Source: a virus (lineage: Duplodnaviria > Heunggongvirae > Uroviricota > Caudoviricetes). From it: a DNA stretch of 64,000 nt. The translations under genes were made by a program, and so were the position numbers. Below are positions 39,294 to 50,500 of the stretch, one piece after another. The notes beneath the pieces were generated by a model. That model was given only the letters and a program-made list of their open reading frames with translations, made no database searches and was not told where the DNA came from. Position 1 is the first letter of the stretch; each line of letters opens with the position of its first letter. The stretch is taken from positions 128,001 to 192,000 of IMG/VR virus record IMGVR_UViG_3300029288_000055; one strand, 5' to 3'.

Positions 39294-39758
39294 ATGCATA
39301 CAATTGACTATGAAATTAATTTAAATGAACACGGCAGACCTTGTATTGGTTTACCACCAAGTTATAAAGACAAACCAGAAGATAAATTTTTTGCCATCGA
39401 AATAGCAAGATATGTGTTGCAGGGTGTATATGAGCGCAGAAGTGCAGAATTTGATAAACAAGCAGCAGAAACAATTGATATAACAATTCGTTTGCTTGGA
39501 CAGGTTGGTGATCAAATGGCAGAACTATTATGGAATACGATGAAAGCATATGGTGATACTGAAATCATGATGGGCAGAACATATTACGTGGCAGTTGACA
39601 CTATTGAAGAAAGAGACAGTTTGGCAACCACAGGCATTCTTGAAGGAGAAAGATTATATTTACGTGAAGAAGGTCTAAAAGTCCTTGTCAAAAATGAAAA
39701 TAAAATATTTGAATTAAAAGATGGTAATACTAACGAAAATTGGATTGAAGTATTATGA
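39294..39758 (+). CDS. hypothetical protein
   Basis: 154 aa, first gene of operon. Confidence 0.65.
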   Translation: MHTIDYEINLNEHGRPCIGLPPSYKDKPEDKFFAIEIARYVLQGVYERRSAEFDKQAAETIDITIRLLGQVGDQMAELLWNTMKAYGDTEIMMGRTYYVAVDTIEERDSLATTGILEGERLYLREEGLKVLVKNENKIFELKDGNTNENWIEVL

Positions 39759-39961
39759 ATTGTATTGGTTGCGGTGAATGTTGTAAAAAACATTGGCTTT
39801 TACGATTAACAAATGATTATGAAAAATCATTATTTCAAGGGTTAATAGTTTTTGGTGATTTTATCTGGACTGATCAATGTCTTTATTTAAAAGATAAGAA
39901 ATGTACAATTCAAAACAATAAACCATATAAATGCAAAGAATATTTTTGTGAAAAATATTAA
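39755..39961 (+). CDS. YkgJ-like Cys-cluster (Zn/Fe-S) protein
   Basis: CIGCGECC...CLYL...CTI...KPYKCKEYFC. Confidence 0.75.
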   Translation: MNCIGCGECCKKHWLLRLTNDYEKSLFQGLIVFGDFIWTDQCLYLKDKKCTIQNNKPYKCKEYFCEKY

Positions 39962-39978
39962 AAATAGGAGAAAATAAA

Positions 39979-40233
39979 ATGATACACAACATTAAAGTTA
40001 CAATTGAAGTTGATCTTACAGGTCTTTCTCAAAAAGAATATATTGAAGTTCAAACAAAACTTATAAAAAATATTATTGATACTGATGCAGAAAAACTTTC
40101 TTTTGATGAATTGGATGAAATATTACATATAAAAAAGAGAGAATATGTTTCAAAAAGTATTCAATATCCAGAAATGAGACTGGATGATAATGAATTTACA
40201 ATTAAAACAACTCATTTTGAAATAGTGGGATAA
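39979..40233 (+). CDS. hypothetical protein
   Basis: 84 aa in operon. Confidence 0.6.
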   Translation: MIHNIKVTIEVDLTGLSQKEYIEVQTKLIKNIIDTDAEKLSFDELDEILHIKKREYVSKSIQYPEMRLDDNEFTIKTTHFEIVG

Positions 40234-40235
40234 TT

Positions 40236-41720
40236 ATGAATCATAAACCAACTGCAGAACAGGAAAGAATTTTTTTATTTACAAAAAAACGTCCTGAGAA
40301 TATATTAATTAAGGCTTACGCAGGTACAGGCAAGACCACAACAATTGTTGAAGCAGTCAAATTGTTGCCTAAAGATAAAAGCATAATGTTTTTAGCATTT
40401 AATAAACATATTCAAGAAGAATTAAAAACAAAATTACCTGAATATGTCAGATGTTATACAACTTATGGTTTGGGTAATTCTGCAATTAAAAGAAAATATG
40501 GCGAAAGTATTCAATTTGATGAATTTAAAGCCGATAAAATCATTCAAAAAAAGGCAAAATCATGGGAATTGGAAGATGAATTTAAAGATGAAGAAGAAAT
40601 ATCTTTTTATCTTAATTTAATCAAAAAACTTTGTAATTTATGCAGATTAACATTAACCACTAAGCCAGAATATATTCCATATATTGCCGACAGGTATGAT
40701 ATTAACCTTAACAAACCCAAAGATATAAAGAGAGTACTTAAAGTATTAGATGAAATGAGTACTGACAGAAAAACTCTCGACTATACTGATATGATTTATC
40801 TCCCTGCAATTGATAATAGTATTTGGTTTTTTCCACAAGACTATGTATTTGTAGATGAAGTGCAGGATTTAAACCGTTGCCAGATAAGAATTGTCGAAAA
40901 AGTACTAAAAAAAGATAAATTAAGTGGTAAAACTACTGGTAGGTTAATTAGTGTAGGTGATTTCTTTCAGGGCATATATGGATTCAACGCTGCTGATGAA
41001 AAATCTTTCGAATGGTTTGAAAAATTCCCAAATACTAAAATTTTACCGCTTTCTGTATCTTTCAGATGTTCACAAAATGTCATAAAAGAGGCACAAAAGA
41101 TTGTACCTGATATCAAAGCACTACCTGATGCCCCAGATGGTCTTGTAAGAGATGGCAATGTGGTTAGTGAAGCACAAAGTGGTGATTTTATTCTTTGCAG
41201 AACAACCATGCCACTGGTAAAACTATTTTTTGAGTTCTTAACCCAAAAAAGAAAGGCAATAATCAAAGGAAGTGACATTGGATTACAATTAATTGAATTA
41301 ATTGGTCAAATTAATACTCTTGAAAAATTAGTTACATTTTGGAATGCTGAATTAACTAAATTTAAAAAAGATTTAAAAGCTGATGGTATATTAAATCCAT
41401 ATGAACATAGCGGATATAGCGCACTTGAAGATAAAGTAAGAACATTATTATTTTTGGCACAACTTGCAACTAATATTACTGATTTAAAAGCCAGTATTAA
41501 AACCATATTTACTGATGAAATTCAAGGTATTGTTCTCAGCACAGTGCATAAAATTAAAGGATTAGAAGCAAACAGAGTATTTATAATACGTTCTGACTTA
41601 TTACCAATGCGTAATGTTAAAGGTTGGCAATATATTCAGGAAAAAAATTTGGAATATGTTGCGGTGACTCGTGCAAAATTAGAATTAATTTATGATAGAA
41701 CTTGGACAGATGAAGAATAA
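40236..41720 (+). CDS. superfamily 1 (UvrD/Rep-like) DNA helicase
   Basis: AYAGTGKTT, LAFNK, FVDEVQD, VGDFFQGIYGF, SFRC, LSTVHKIKGLE, YVAVTRAK. Confidence 0.92.
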   Translation: MNHKPTAEQERIFLFTKKRPENILIKAYAGTGKTTTIVEAVKLLPKDKSIMFLAFNKHIQEELKTKLPEYVRCYTTYGLGNSAIKRKYGESIQFDEFKADKIIQKKAKSWELEDEFKDEEEISFYLNLIKKLCNLCRLTLTTKPEYIPYIADRYDINLNKPKDIKRVLKVLDEMSTDRKTLDYTDMIYLPAIDNSIWFFPQDYVFVDEVQDLNRCQIRIVEKVLKKDKLSGKTTGRLISVGDFFQGIYGFNAADEKSFEWFEKFPNTKILPLSVSFRCSQNVIKEAQKIVPDIKALPDAPDGLVRDGNVVSEAQSGDFILCRTTMPLVKLFFEFLTQKRKAIIKGSDIGLQLIELIGQINTLEKLVTFWNAELTKFKKDLKADGILNPYEHSGYSALEDKVRTLLFLAQLATNITDLKASIKTIFTDEIQGIVLSTVHKIKGLEANRVFIIRSDLLPMRNVKGWQYIQEKNLEYVAVTRAKLELIYDRTWTDEE

Positions 41721-41943
41721 AAAAACGATTGAACAATTCGAAAAAGAGTTAGAAGACTTAAAAGCATCCCATAGAAGTCAGTGGGACACATACGGCAGCG
41801 AACTTTGTGCTGGCGATATGATCAGACAGGAAGAAAAAATTGAAAAAGAAATAGCAAAGTTAAAAGAAATTCAAGAAACTGAATTAAAATTTGCAGTCTT
41901 TGATGCACTGAATCCAAATAAAATGGAAGATTCTGATAAATAA
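41710..41943 (+). CDS. hypothetical protein
   Basis: Coupled to the helicase stop. Confidence 0.6.
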   Translation: MKNKKTIEQFEKELEDLKASHRSQWDTYGSELCAGDMIRQEEKIEKEIAKLKEIQETELKFAVFDALNPNKMEDSDK

Positions 41944-41945
41944 TT

Positions 41946-42308
41946 ATGAAAGTAATAATTGCTGGTGGTAGAGATTTTGATGACTACGAAAAACTTCGTA
42001 CTTACTGTGATCATATTTTAGAAGATCAAACAGATATTGAAATCGTTAGCGGTACTGCTAAAAGTGCTGATCATTTGGGTGAAAGATATGCAATTGAAAA
42101 GGGTTATAAAACAACCAGATTTCCTGCTGACTGGAGTAAAGGAAAATCAGCAGGTTATATTAGAAATGAAGAAATGGCAAAATATGGTGATGCTTTAATT
42201 GCCTTTTGGAATGGCAAAAGTAAAGGCACTGGACACATGATTGATTTGGCAGAAAAATATAAATTAAAAATAAGAATATATAATTATGGAATGGATAATA
42301 AAAATTGA
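41946..42308 (+). CDS. SLOG/YspA-family (DUF2493) protein
   Basis: VIIAGGRDF...IVSGTAKSAD...FPADW...AGYIRNEEMA...AFWNGKSKGT. Confidence 0.85.
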   Translation: MKVIIAGGRDFDDYEKLRTYCDHILEDQTDIEIVSGTAKSADHLGERYAIEKGYKTTRFPADWSKGKSAGYIRNEEMAKYGDALIAFWNGKSKGTGHMIDLAEKYKLKIRIYNYGMDNKN

Positions 42309-42597
42309 ACGAAAAAAAGATCGAAGAATTTTAATTGTATTTGATGCAATGCACGAAACAATTAAATTCATTGGTCAATTTAAACCAAGTGCAAAAGACA
42401 TGGTAAATTTTGACATTAAAGCTGGCTTTGTTTGGATAGACATTTCTGAAGATTCACATATAATGAAAATTGACTTAGAAACACTTAAAGAATATATTGC
42501 AAAAGTATATGATAAGATGGAAGAAAGACTTAAAATTCAAGAAGACCTTTCAAAAGTTTTTGGCGTTTTTAAATCTATTGAAATAAAAGAAGATTAA
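42286..42597 (+). CDS. hypothetical protein
   Basis: 103 aa, last gene before the terminator. Confidence 0.6.
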   Translation: MEWIIKIERKKDRRILIVFDAMHETIKFIGQFKPSAKDMVNFDIKAGFVWIDISEDSHIMKIDLETLKEYIAKVYDKMEERLKIQEDLSKVFGVFKSIEIKED

Positions 42598-42602
42598 TAA
42601 AT

Positions 42603-42632
42603 AAAAAAGGTGATCTATCGATCACCTTTTTT
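42603..42632. terminator. bidirectional terminator after the major capsid gene
   Basis: AAAAAAGGTGATC-TATC-GATCACCTTTTTT. Confidence 0.8.
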
Positions 42633-42646
42633 TATTTATCTATTGA

Positions 42647-44323
42647 TTACTGTAAGTCACCAATTCCGAAAGTCTGAAGACCATCGCAGAAGATTCTTCC
42701 ATAGTATCTGTTTAATACCATTTTCTTTGCATAACGAGTCATGATACCACGAATAGGTGTGAAATCAAATGGGTTATACATTACAGGTGTTAACTGCATA
42801 GGTACGTAAGGAGCGTAAATGTAACCTGTTTCCAAGATACTTGTTCCTTTATGTCCAACTAATACTGTGTTAGCTGGTGCGTATGGGTCACGATATACCT
42901 GATATCTTCCACTAAGAGTACCGATTTTTTCAATACCCATGTTATACTTATCCTGTTCAGGAGCAGCATTACTTACGTGGAAATATTCAAGGTCATCGAA
43001 TACTGCACTTACTTCAGGTGATACAACAATCCAAGAAGCTCCACCACGAAGGGTTGACTTATGAATTTGTGCTGAAATCTGGTTGATCTTTGTAATCAAT
43101 GTTTGATTCCAGTCTTTCTGTACACCATAATATGTAACAGTTCCTTTACGAAGACCATTATAGTCCCATCTTGCAGTCCAAGCAGCACCACGTCTTAAAT
43201 CACGAAGGATTTCACGGTCAATTTCAGCAGCCATTTGTTCTGAAAGAAGAGCAGTTAACTCAGCTTCAGCGTCAATGTTGTGGAATGCACTAACGTCCTG
43301 TGCCAATTCAGGTGTCCACATAGCACGCATTTTACGTGTTTCTACAGATACTGTTACTTGGTCAAGTACGAAAGTTACTTCAGCCATTCTTGAATCTTCT
43401 TCAAGATCACTGTATACTCTGTAAGTTGCAGTGAAAGTGATACCAGAAGCTACGGTTGAAGCACTAAGTGCTTGATATCCGTTTGTTCCAGCGTATTGTA
43501 CGTCAGCAATAAGAACGATTTGACCAAGTTTGTTAACAATAGCCTGTCCGTATTTCTGAACTTTTACGTTAAAAGGAATTGCCTGACCAGCAGTGATACT
43601 ACCATCAGTTGCATAAGGAGCAGGAGCAACTAAGTTTACACTTGCAGTTACTCTTAAACCAGCAAGAAATGATTCAGTGTCCATCGGAACACCAGCAGGA
43701 CCAATCAATTTACCTTCATTTGTGATACTGAAACCACTCAATGTTAATGTAACATATTTATCAACACCAACTGTCCAAGAAGAAGCTACTGTTGCGCCTG
43801 TTACGACTGTTAATTCACCTTTTGAACGATCAAATAATGAAGTACCTTCTTCTGCGTATTCGGTTGCATAGAAAGCATCATACAATGAACGACTTTCAAA
43901 TTGTGTTTTTGCACTAAGTGCAAGAGTTGCAGCATTTCCATATGCACCATCTGGTGATGTATGTTGTAGACCTTGTGGTGCTACTCTAACGCTTGCTTTT
44001 GGATTGATGTAGTACAATTTACCAATCGGTAAGTTAAGTGCCTGTACAGACACGATGTCATTTGCTAACAATTTAGCAAACACTCTACGAATTACAGGGA
44101 ATGCAACGGTTTCAAATTGTCCGCTTGATGTAGAATCTGATGATTCGTTAATCATATGTGACAACTGGTTTTCGAATAACTGTGCGCAGTTTTCTTTCAC
44201 GTTACCTTCAAGACCTTCCAAAAGTCCGATCTTTTCCCAACGGTTTGTTGTTATTTCTCTTTGTTCACGGAGTTGTTTTAAACCAATATTACCAACTTCC
44301 GCACTTTCCATTAAAAATCCCAT
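42647..44323 (-). CDS. major capsid protein (T4 gp23-like)
   Basis: RRVFAKLLANDIVSVQ, RKMRAMWTPELAQD, DAEAELTALLSEQMAAEIDREIL, YAPYVP, PIRGIMTRYA. Confidence 0.97.
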   Translation of the reverse strand: MGFLMESAEVGNIGLKQLREQREITTNRWEKIGLLEGLEGNVKENCAQLFENQLSHMINESSDSTSSGQFETVAFPVIRRVFAKLLANDIVSVQALNLPIGKLYYINPKASVRVAPQGLQHTSPDGAYGNAATLALSAKTQFESRSLYDAFYATEYAEEGTSLFDRSKGELTVVTGATVASSWTVGVDKYVTLTLSGFSITNEGKLIGPAGVPMDTESFLAGLRVTASVNLVAPAPYATDGSITAGQAIPFNVKVQKYGQAIVNKLGQIVLIADVQYAGTNGYQALSASTVASGITFTATYRVYSDLEEDSRMAEVTFVLDQVTVSVETRKMRAMWTPELAQDVSAFHNIDAEAELTALLSEQMAAEIDREILRDLRRGAAWTARWDYNGLRKGTVTYYGVQKDWNQTLITKINQISAQIHKSTLRGGASWIVVSPEVSAVFDDLEYFHVSNAAPEQDKYNMGIEKIGTLSGRYQVYRDPYAPANTVLVGHKGTSILETGYIYAPYVPMQLTPVMYNPFDFTPIRGIMTRYAKKMVLNRYYGRIFCDGLQTFGIGDLQ

Positions 44324-44343
44324 TTTATAAATGTTTTAAATTT

Positions 44344-45975
44344 TTACTTTATTATTTTTTTGCCTCTGTTTTCTATGGTTTCAATAAGTTTTCTCATTCT
44401 CTGAATGTGTTTATCGTCTGCATAGGCTGTTTTTTCAACTACTTCATCGAGTTTTTGTTTTGAAGACGGCTGTATAGAAGCAGATACTTTATTTTCAATA
44501 CTTTCTGTAAGAGTTTTCTTACCTACCTTCATTTCTGAAATAAGGTTCTTATAAACTTTTACCGATGAAGCGATACTATCAACTTTTTTAAATTCATTGA
44601 TAATTTTAATTTTATCCTCTTGTGTCAACGCCAGTTCTTCATTTACCAATAGGTTATTTACATGAGCCAAATTGGTATTGAAAACTGCCATTTCTTTCAA
44701 CTGTCCACGATATTTGTCCAGTGCGGATTTGTAACTTTCAACTAAAACTGTAACAGTTTCTTTATATTTCTTAGTTTCGTTTAATTTTTTAGTCAATTTC
44801 TTGTTTTCTTCAATTAAACTACTAATCTTTTTCTGTGATTCTTCCATGCCTCCACGCATAGCGGGACGCATTTTGCTAACTGCACTTTGTTTGTATTCTA
44901 CACCCGGTAAAGCAGCAGTTACTTTCTTTTGATTTCCAAGTGTACGTGTTTGACTTTCTTCAACTGATGGTTCACTTGCACCCAATACTGCATTAATGTC
45001 TTCTTCTGAAATTTCCATTGTTTCTCCAAGTTCATCAATCATAGGTTGAGTAGGTCCGCCAGCATTTACCTTGTTAGCACCTTGACCACCATTATTTTTT
45101 TGTTCTTCCATGCCTTTTTCGTCAATTAATTTGTTATCATATGCACCTTGATGCATTTGATCTAATGGGAAATTTCCTTGATGCATTTCACTAACGCCAG
45201 CACCTTTAATTATACTATCGAGTTTGTTTCTCATTTCAACAAGTTCATTATATGGAATACCACTTTCTTTTGCACCTTGATCTTGACCAGCACTTGCATT
45301 AACGCCATCAAGTTCTTCAGCCATATTTCCCATATTTGCAATTTCTTCTTCGATTTGCTCCATTGTAAGGAGTTCATCCATTGGTTGTGCACCATCTAAA
45401 GATTTATCCACACCAATTTGATCAAATTCTGATAAATTATAATTTTCAGAAACATCTTTTTTTGCATTTGCAATTGGTTTTCCTGAAGTTGGACCTTTAA
45501 GTTTTTCGTTAAAAATTTTTCCCTTTTCAGCTTCGCCTTTACCTTGATTTGGTGTATCGCCTTCAACATCTCCCATGAAATCTTTATCACGTTCTTCGTC
45601 AATTTTAGTAGCTTTTTTAGCCTTTTCATCAAATGGGTCACCCTTACCAACAGTATCAGTAATTTTTACATCTTCTGCTACTTTTGCAACAGCTTTTGGC
45701 TTTTCTGCAAAAGGTTTTCCGCTACCAGCAGTTTCTTTAACAACCTTTGGGGTCTCTTTCAAATTTTTCATATCAGATTCTTTATTTGTTTCAGCACTAT
45801 CTATATTAGATTCTTTTGCTGATTTATTTTTATTTAATTCTTCTTTCAATATATTGTTGAATTCCTTTGGGAATTCATCAGCCAATCTTTTTTTAGCATT
45901 AGCATCCGCAGCCTGTTGAATATCTTTATAGTCAGCCAAGGCTTCTTTTACTATCGATTTTTTTTCGTCTTTCAT
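44344..45975 (-). CDS. prohead core scaffolding protein (gp22-like)
   Basis: Acidic/coiled-coil protein between protease and capsid genes, many [LIVM]xE sites. Confidence 0.75.
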   Translation of the reverse strand: MKDEKKSIVKEALADYKDIQQAADANAKKRLADEFPKEFNNILKEELNKNKSAKESNIDSAETNKESDMKNLKETPKVVKETAGSGKPFAEKPKAVAKVAEDVKITDTVGKGDPFDEKAKKATKIDEERDKDFMGDVEGDTPNQGKGEAEKGKIFNEKLKGPTSGKPIANAKKDVSENYNLSEFDQIGVDKSLDGAQPMDELLTMEQIEEEIANMGNMAEELDGVNASAGQDQGAKESGIPYNELVEMRNKLDSIIKGAGVSEMHQGNFPLDQMHQGAYDNKLIDEKGMEEQKNNGGQGANKVNAGGPTQPMIDELGETMEISEEDINAVLGASEPSVEESQTRTLGNQKKVTAALPGVEYKQSAVSKMRPAMRGGMEESQKKISSLIEENKKLTKKLNETKKYKETVTVLVESYKSALDKYRGQLKEMAVFNTNLAHVNNLLVNEELALTQEDKIKIINEFKKVDSIASSVKVYKNLISEMKVGKKTLTESIENKVSASIQPSSKQKLDEVVEKTAYADDKHIQRMRKLIETIENRGKKIIK

Positions 45976-46011
45976 ACTATTTTGTATCGTATCTAATACT
46001 ATAATTTTTAT

Positions 46012-46019
46012 ATAAATAC
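46012..46019 (-). promoter_or_regulatory. late promoter motif GTATTTAT (scaffold-capsid operon)
   Basis: ATAAATAC on the + strand upstream of the scaffold start. Confidence 0.7.
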
Positions 46020-46116
46020 ATTATTTTTATGAAAAAGCATACTTTTTAATTAAAACATCTTTAATTTTCTTGCTTTTCAAAAAAATAATGTTTATATTCT
46101 GCACTTATAAATTCCA

Positions 46117-46818
46117 TTATAATAAGAACTTATTAACAGCAGTTAATATTTTATTATCTTCTTCCTTAAGATAAATGCCATTCTTTAATACATAATTTTC
46201 ACCAAATCCTTTACTACCTTTATGTTCTGGAAATAAAAATGCACCCGGAGTACTTGGTGTTGCAACTAAGTCAAAACCAATTAATTCAAAATCATTTTGA
46301 ACAAGATTTTCACCATTTATTTCTTTAAGTGTACCAACTCCACGAGAAGATATTCCTAATTTTATTTTGTTTTGTAAATACAATACAATCTTATCACCAA
46401 CTACGGAAACAACACCATAACGAATGTAACCCGGTGATACAATAATTTTTAATTGTCCATATAAAACATTTTCTTGTTCACCTTCACCCCACCACATTTT
46501 TGTTATCATATGTGAGATATTCTGGAGTGAAATAATACTACTATCAGGGTGGTCTGCTTCTGAAACAGCACTATTGGTACTAACCAAATCCTGATAGATA
46601 TTAACTTGTGGTACTAAAACATCTTTGGGGTAAATACGTCCATTTTTATTTTTTACTCCCCACTTCTGTAATATACAGTTAATTAAAACAGGTTCATTTG
46701 GTTTAAGTTCAAAGTTTTCATTGAGAATATCTTTGTTGATCTCTGAATTAATATAACCAGCATCTGTTTCTATTAGAATTCCAAATCCAGTTTCACCTTT
46801 TTGCAGTATTTTGCTCAT
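46117..46818 (-). CDS. prohead protease (T4 gp21-like)
   Basis: KNKNGRIYP, SEADHP, ISHMI, LGISSRGVG, FDLVATPSTPGA. Confidence 0.93.
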   Translation of the reverse strand: MSKILQKGETGFGILIETDAGYINSEINKDILNENFELKPNEPVLINCILQKWGVKNKNGRIYPKDVLVPQVNIYQDLVSTNSAVSEADHPDSSIISLQNISHMITKMWWGEGEQENVLYGQLKIIVSPGYIRYGVVSVVGDKIVLYLQNKIKLGISSRGVGTLKEINGENLVQNDFELIGFDLVATPSTPGAFLFPEHKGSKGFGENYVLKNGIYLKEEDNKILTAVNKFLL

Positions 46819-46843
46819 GTTAAATTTCTTTATATATAAATAG

Positions 46844-47005
46844 TTATGTAAAGTATTTTAGCTCAACAACTACTTTAGGTTTTTCTTCTTGTACAGCAAT
46901 TTCTCGGATAATTTCAATATCTTCAATGAATATGCGTGTTTCTAATTCTTTTAATATAGTGCCAAGCTGTAAGTTAACTTCTTTGAGCTTATCCAATTTT
47001 GTCAT
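46844..47005 (-). CDS. hypothetical protein (53 aa, not in the ORF track)
   Basis: MTKLDKLKEVNLQLGTILKELETRIFIEDIEIIREIAVQEEKPKVVVELKYFT. Confidence 0.55.
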   Translation of the reverse strand: MTKLDKLKEVNLQLGTILKELETRIFIEDIEIIREIAVQEEKPKVVVELKYFT

Positions 47006-47015
47006 AATAAATATG

Positions 47016-47444
47016 TTAATCCTTCGATGTTAATTTTTCAATTTTTCCCTGAATCTCAATAAGTTTTTGCATAATCTTTTCTGATTCTGATTTACTAAGT
47101 TTGTCGGTTAAATCTAATAAAGTAGAAACACCGTTCAATACATGTAAGGTTTCTTTTTCTGATTCCATCCATTGACGGGTTCTTTCTTCTTCACGTTTTA
47201 ACATTTCCACTCTTATTTTTTCCAATGTATCAGTATGATCTTTTCTAATCAAATCAATTTTAGCTACATGTTGTTGTAATTGCATTGCTTTCATTTCTGC
47301 AGTCTTTTTTTTCAGCAACCATGTCATTCTTAAAAATATTAAGATTGAAATAATACTCATACCAATAATAAGTAAAGCGATAATTAAATGTTGATGAGCA
47401 AGCGATGCTGGTTCAGATTGTAATAATATTTCAAGAAGTATCAT
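47016..47444 (-). CDS. single-TM coiled-coil late protein (holin/spanin-like candidate)
   Basis: Hydrophobic helix LIIALLIIGMSIISILIFL then coiled coil; late motif variant at 47460. Confidence 0.45.
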   Translation of the reverse strand: MILLEILLQSEPASLAHQHLIIALLIIGMSIISILIFLRMTWLLKKKTAEMKAMQLQQHVAKIDLIRKDHTDTLEKIRVEMLKREEERTRQWMESEKETLHVLNGVSTLLDLTDKLSKSESEKIMQKLIEIQGKIEKLTSKD

Positions 47445-47515
47445 ATTTTTCTTTTTATAATAAATAGTCAGAAGAACTCGTTTGGTACTTTAATTTATAT
47501 GTTTTTTATTAGCAC

Positions 47516-47523
47516 GTATTTAT
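47516..47523 (+). promoter_or_regulatory. late promoter motif GTATTTAT (tail lysozyme hub)
   Basis: GTATTTAT 16 nt upstream of ATG 47540. Confidence 0.7.
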
Positions 47524-47539
47524 AGATAAAATTAAAAGA

Positions 47540-50500
47540 ATGGCAACAGTAAACACTGGAAACATAATCCTACTCGACCCTAATACGGTGAATACCAATC
47601 CTAACATTACAAATGGAGTTCCACAATATCAAGACATGTTCATTTTTGCAGAACTAAGAGCAATACGTAAAGGAAGAACTGTGTTAGAAACAATGAGCGA
47701 AAGAGGTACTGGTGCTAACGTTATGATAACAGGATTAGAAGATATTAAAGAAGTAAATTTTCTTGGTATAAATCAAAATTCTAAAAGTCCTGATTATCGA
47801 AAATTTACCACAAGATATTATGATGGTAGCAATGACAACAATATTCAATATGAAGGTTTTGGTATGAGTAATATTAAGGTAACTATTAATTCATCATTCA
47901 TTCCGCAGGTAAGTATTCAGTTTATTGACGTAAGAGGTTTAGCGTTTTTTAATCGTGAAAATTCTCCATATAGAATACTGTTTGATTTTCCACCACCAAT
48001 TTTTTATCTTAAGATTAAAGGTTATTATGGTAAGGCATTAGAATATAAATTACACCTTGTTAAATACACTTCTAATTTTAAGTCAGAAAACGGTAATTAT
48101 GTAATTGATGCACAATTTGTTGCAGTTACATATGCTCCTTTGACTGATGTTTTATTCAGGTATATTGTTAATTTTCCATTAATACCTCTATCAAATGGTG
48201 CAATATCATTAAGTGCAAATCCAAACGTTCCGCCTAAAAACACATATGAATTAATTTTAAAGCTAAAAAATTTATATGATAATGTTCAAAAGGAGCTTAA
48301 ATCGCTTTCTGAAACACAAAAATATGACTCTACATTAAATCTATTAACAAATAATACTTCGGTTGTGTCAATGATTGCTGATTATAAACATAAATTAAGA
48401 GATAGTGCAGGTAATGCATATTTAGTATCAGTAGATACATCAGTGCCATATTCACAAACTGCTTCAAATGCAATGCCATTATATCCTTTTGTAATTAATA
48501 ACAATAGCCAACCAACATTGGTTGACGAAAAAAATATTGTTACAATAACAAGTTTTTCTGATTACGATAATATAATTAAATCACTTGGCATACCAGCCAC
48601 TCAAACAAATACAACAAAAAGATTATATATTGTATGTGTTTCTGGTAAAATATCTACAATACCATATACTGGTGTTGAAGATATTACAACAAAAGTTGGT
48701 TTAGCTATGGATACATATAAAGCAGAATTAATAAATGCATATAAAGATGCTGGTAATTCAAATACGAATATTAGTATACCTTCAGTATATTTTAGTAATC
48801 CATATGATGTAACAATATTTAGAGATAATAAACCTTCAACAATATATACTGGTCTTGATATTACTAACTTTTATACGAAATTATATAAAGACAGAGTAGC
48901 ATTAAATCAAACAAAAGCTACACTTAGCAATACAATTAACGGGATTATTAACAATATGATAATGAAAAATCTTGGCATGATGCCAACGATCTATAACATA
49001 TTCAATATAATTTTAAATGATGTTGACACATTTTTTCAAACATTAAGAGATACTTCAATTAGTTCAGAACAACATCACAATCAAGCTGATTACAATAAAA
49101 TCATATTAAGTAAATCACCAGATCAATTTGCTGACATAAATCCACAAACAAATACAACTAAATTATTTTCATTTCCATTAGTAATTGATACTCAAAATAT
49201 CTGTGGTGGACAAAGACAAGTAAAGGTTTCACCAGTAAAAATCAGCCAATTATTGCCACAACCATTTCCTGAACTTACATTGGTAGAAAGTTTTGTTGAA
49301 ACATTTAATAAGCAGAGAAATTTTAGTCAGCTTATGAATGCAAAAAATGAATTAAATGATGATGGTACATATAAATGGATACCTGTTTCACCGCTTGATT
49401 CAAAACTCGGAAGTCCTACTACTCAAACTGCTTATTCGGGTCCGTATTTTGGAGTAGATACCATTGATGGTGGCGGTAGCGTAATGCCAGTTAACGTAAG
49501 TAACGAAAAGAGATTAGCTCAAGTAATAAAAATAATGTTGGATAGATTCTATATTATATCACAAAGTTCATATCCTACAAGTTTTTATGATACTGACAAA
49601 AAGGTTAGTAAAGCATATGTTGAATTCTTTGCAAAATCAGAAGCAGCCAATTTAGCAAACTCTATTACTGAAACAAAATATTCAAACAATATAAAAGATA
49701 ATGCTAATAAATTTAGTAATATTGATAATTTTTACGCATATTTAAGTAACCCAAAGAATAATATTCTTGATCATTATATATTTACACAAGCTGAAAGAAC
49801 CTCATTTCCATTAGCTGGCGACATACCAGCAGATAATGATGCTTATGTAGATAAAACTAATTCAAATTATATGGGTAGTATTGTAAAAAATGAAAAAATT
49901 GATATACAAACATTTACAAAGGACAATACAAAACCCGTTAATGCATTTCAAAATGATGTAATGAGAGGTTTATTTGGAAACATATTTAAAGGTAGAACTG
50001 CTGAAGATTTTTACAATTTTACGAACGAAAATTTATTGTATATTATAGATAAGTTCAGTAAAGATCACGAAGAAGATAGTGATAAAGTTATTCTTGATAA
50101 TAATAATACTAATATTAAAACAAGATTTTTGGATTCAAATGCATACGGAATAGTTCCAGATTTTCCAACCACAAAAGTACAAATTGGTGAAAATCAAGTT
50201 AATAAAATAGATGTAATTCCAAAATTATTAGCAAGTGGCAACACTTATTTTTATAATAAAAATATTGGTGGTTTTAATAAAAGTACGGCACAAAACCTAA
50301 AAAGTTTTGATAAGATCATCAATCCTTGGATAGATCAATTATCAAAACATGATGATGCTATAAAAAAAACAATATTTAGCGGTAATAACCCACTTTATAA
50401 TCAAAAATTAAGTGCATTACTATTTTTATCAAATTATGGTTATACGTTAGGACCATTCAACCAATATCCACATAAATTAAATCAATTAATTTTCAATATT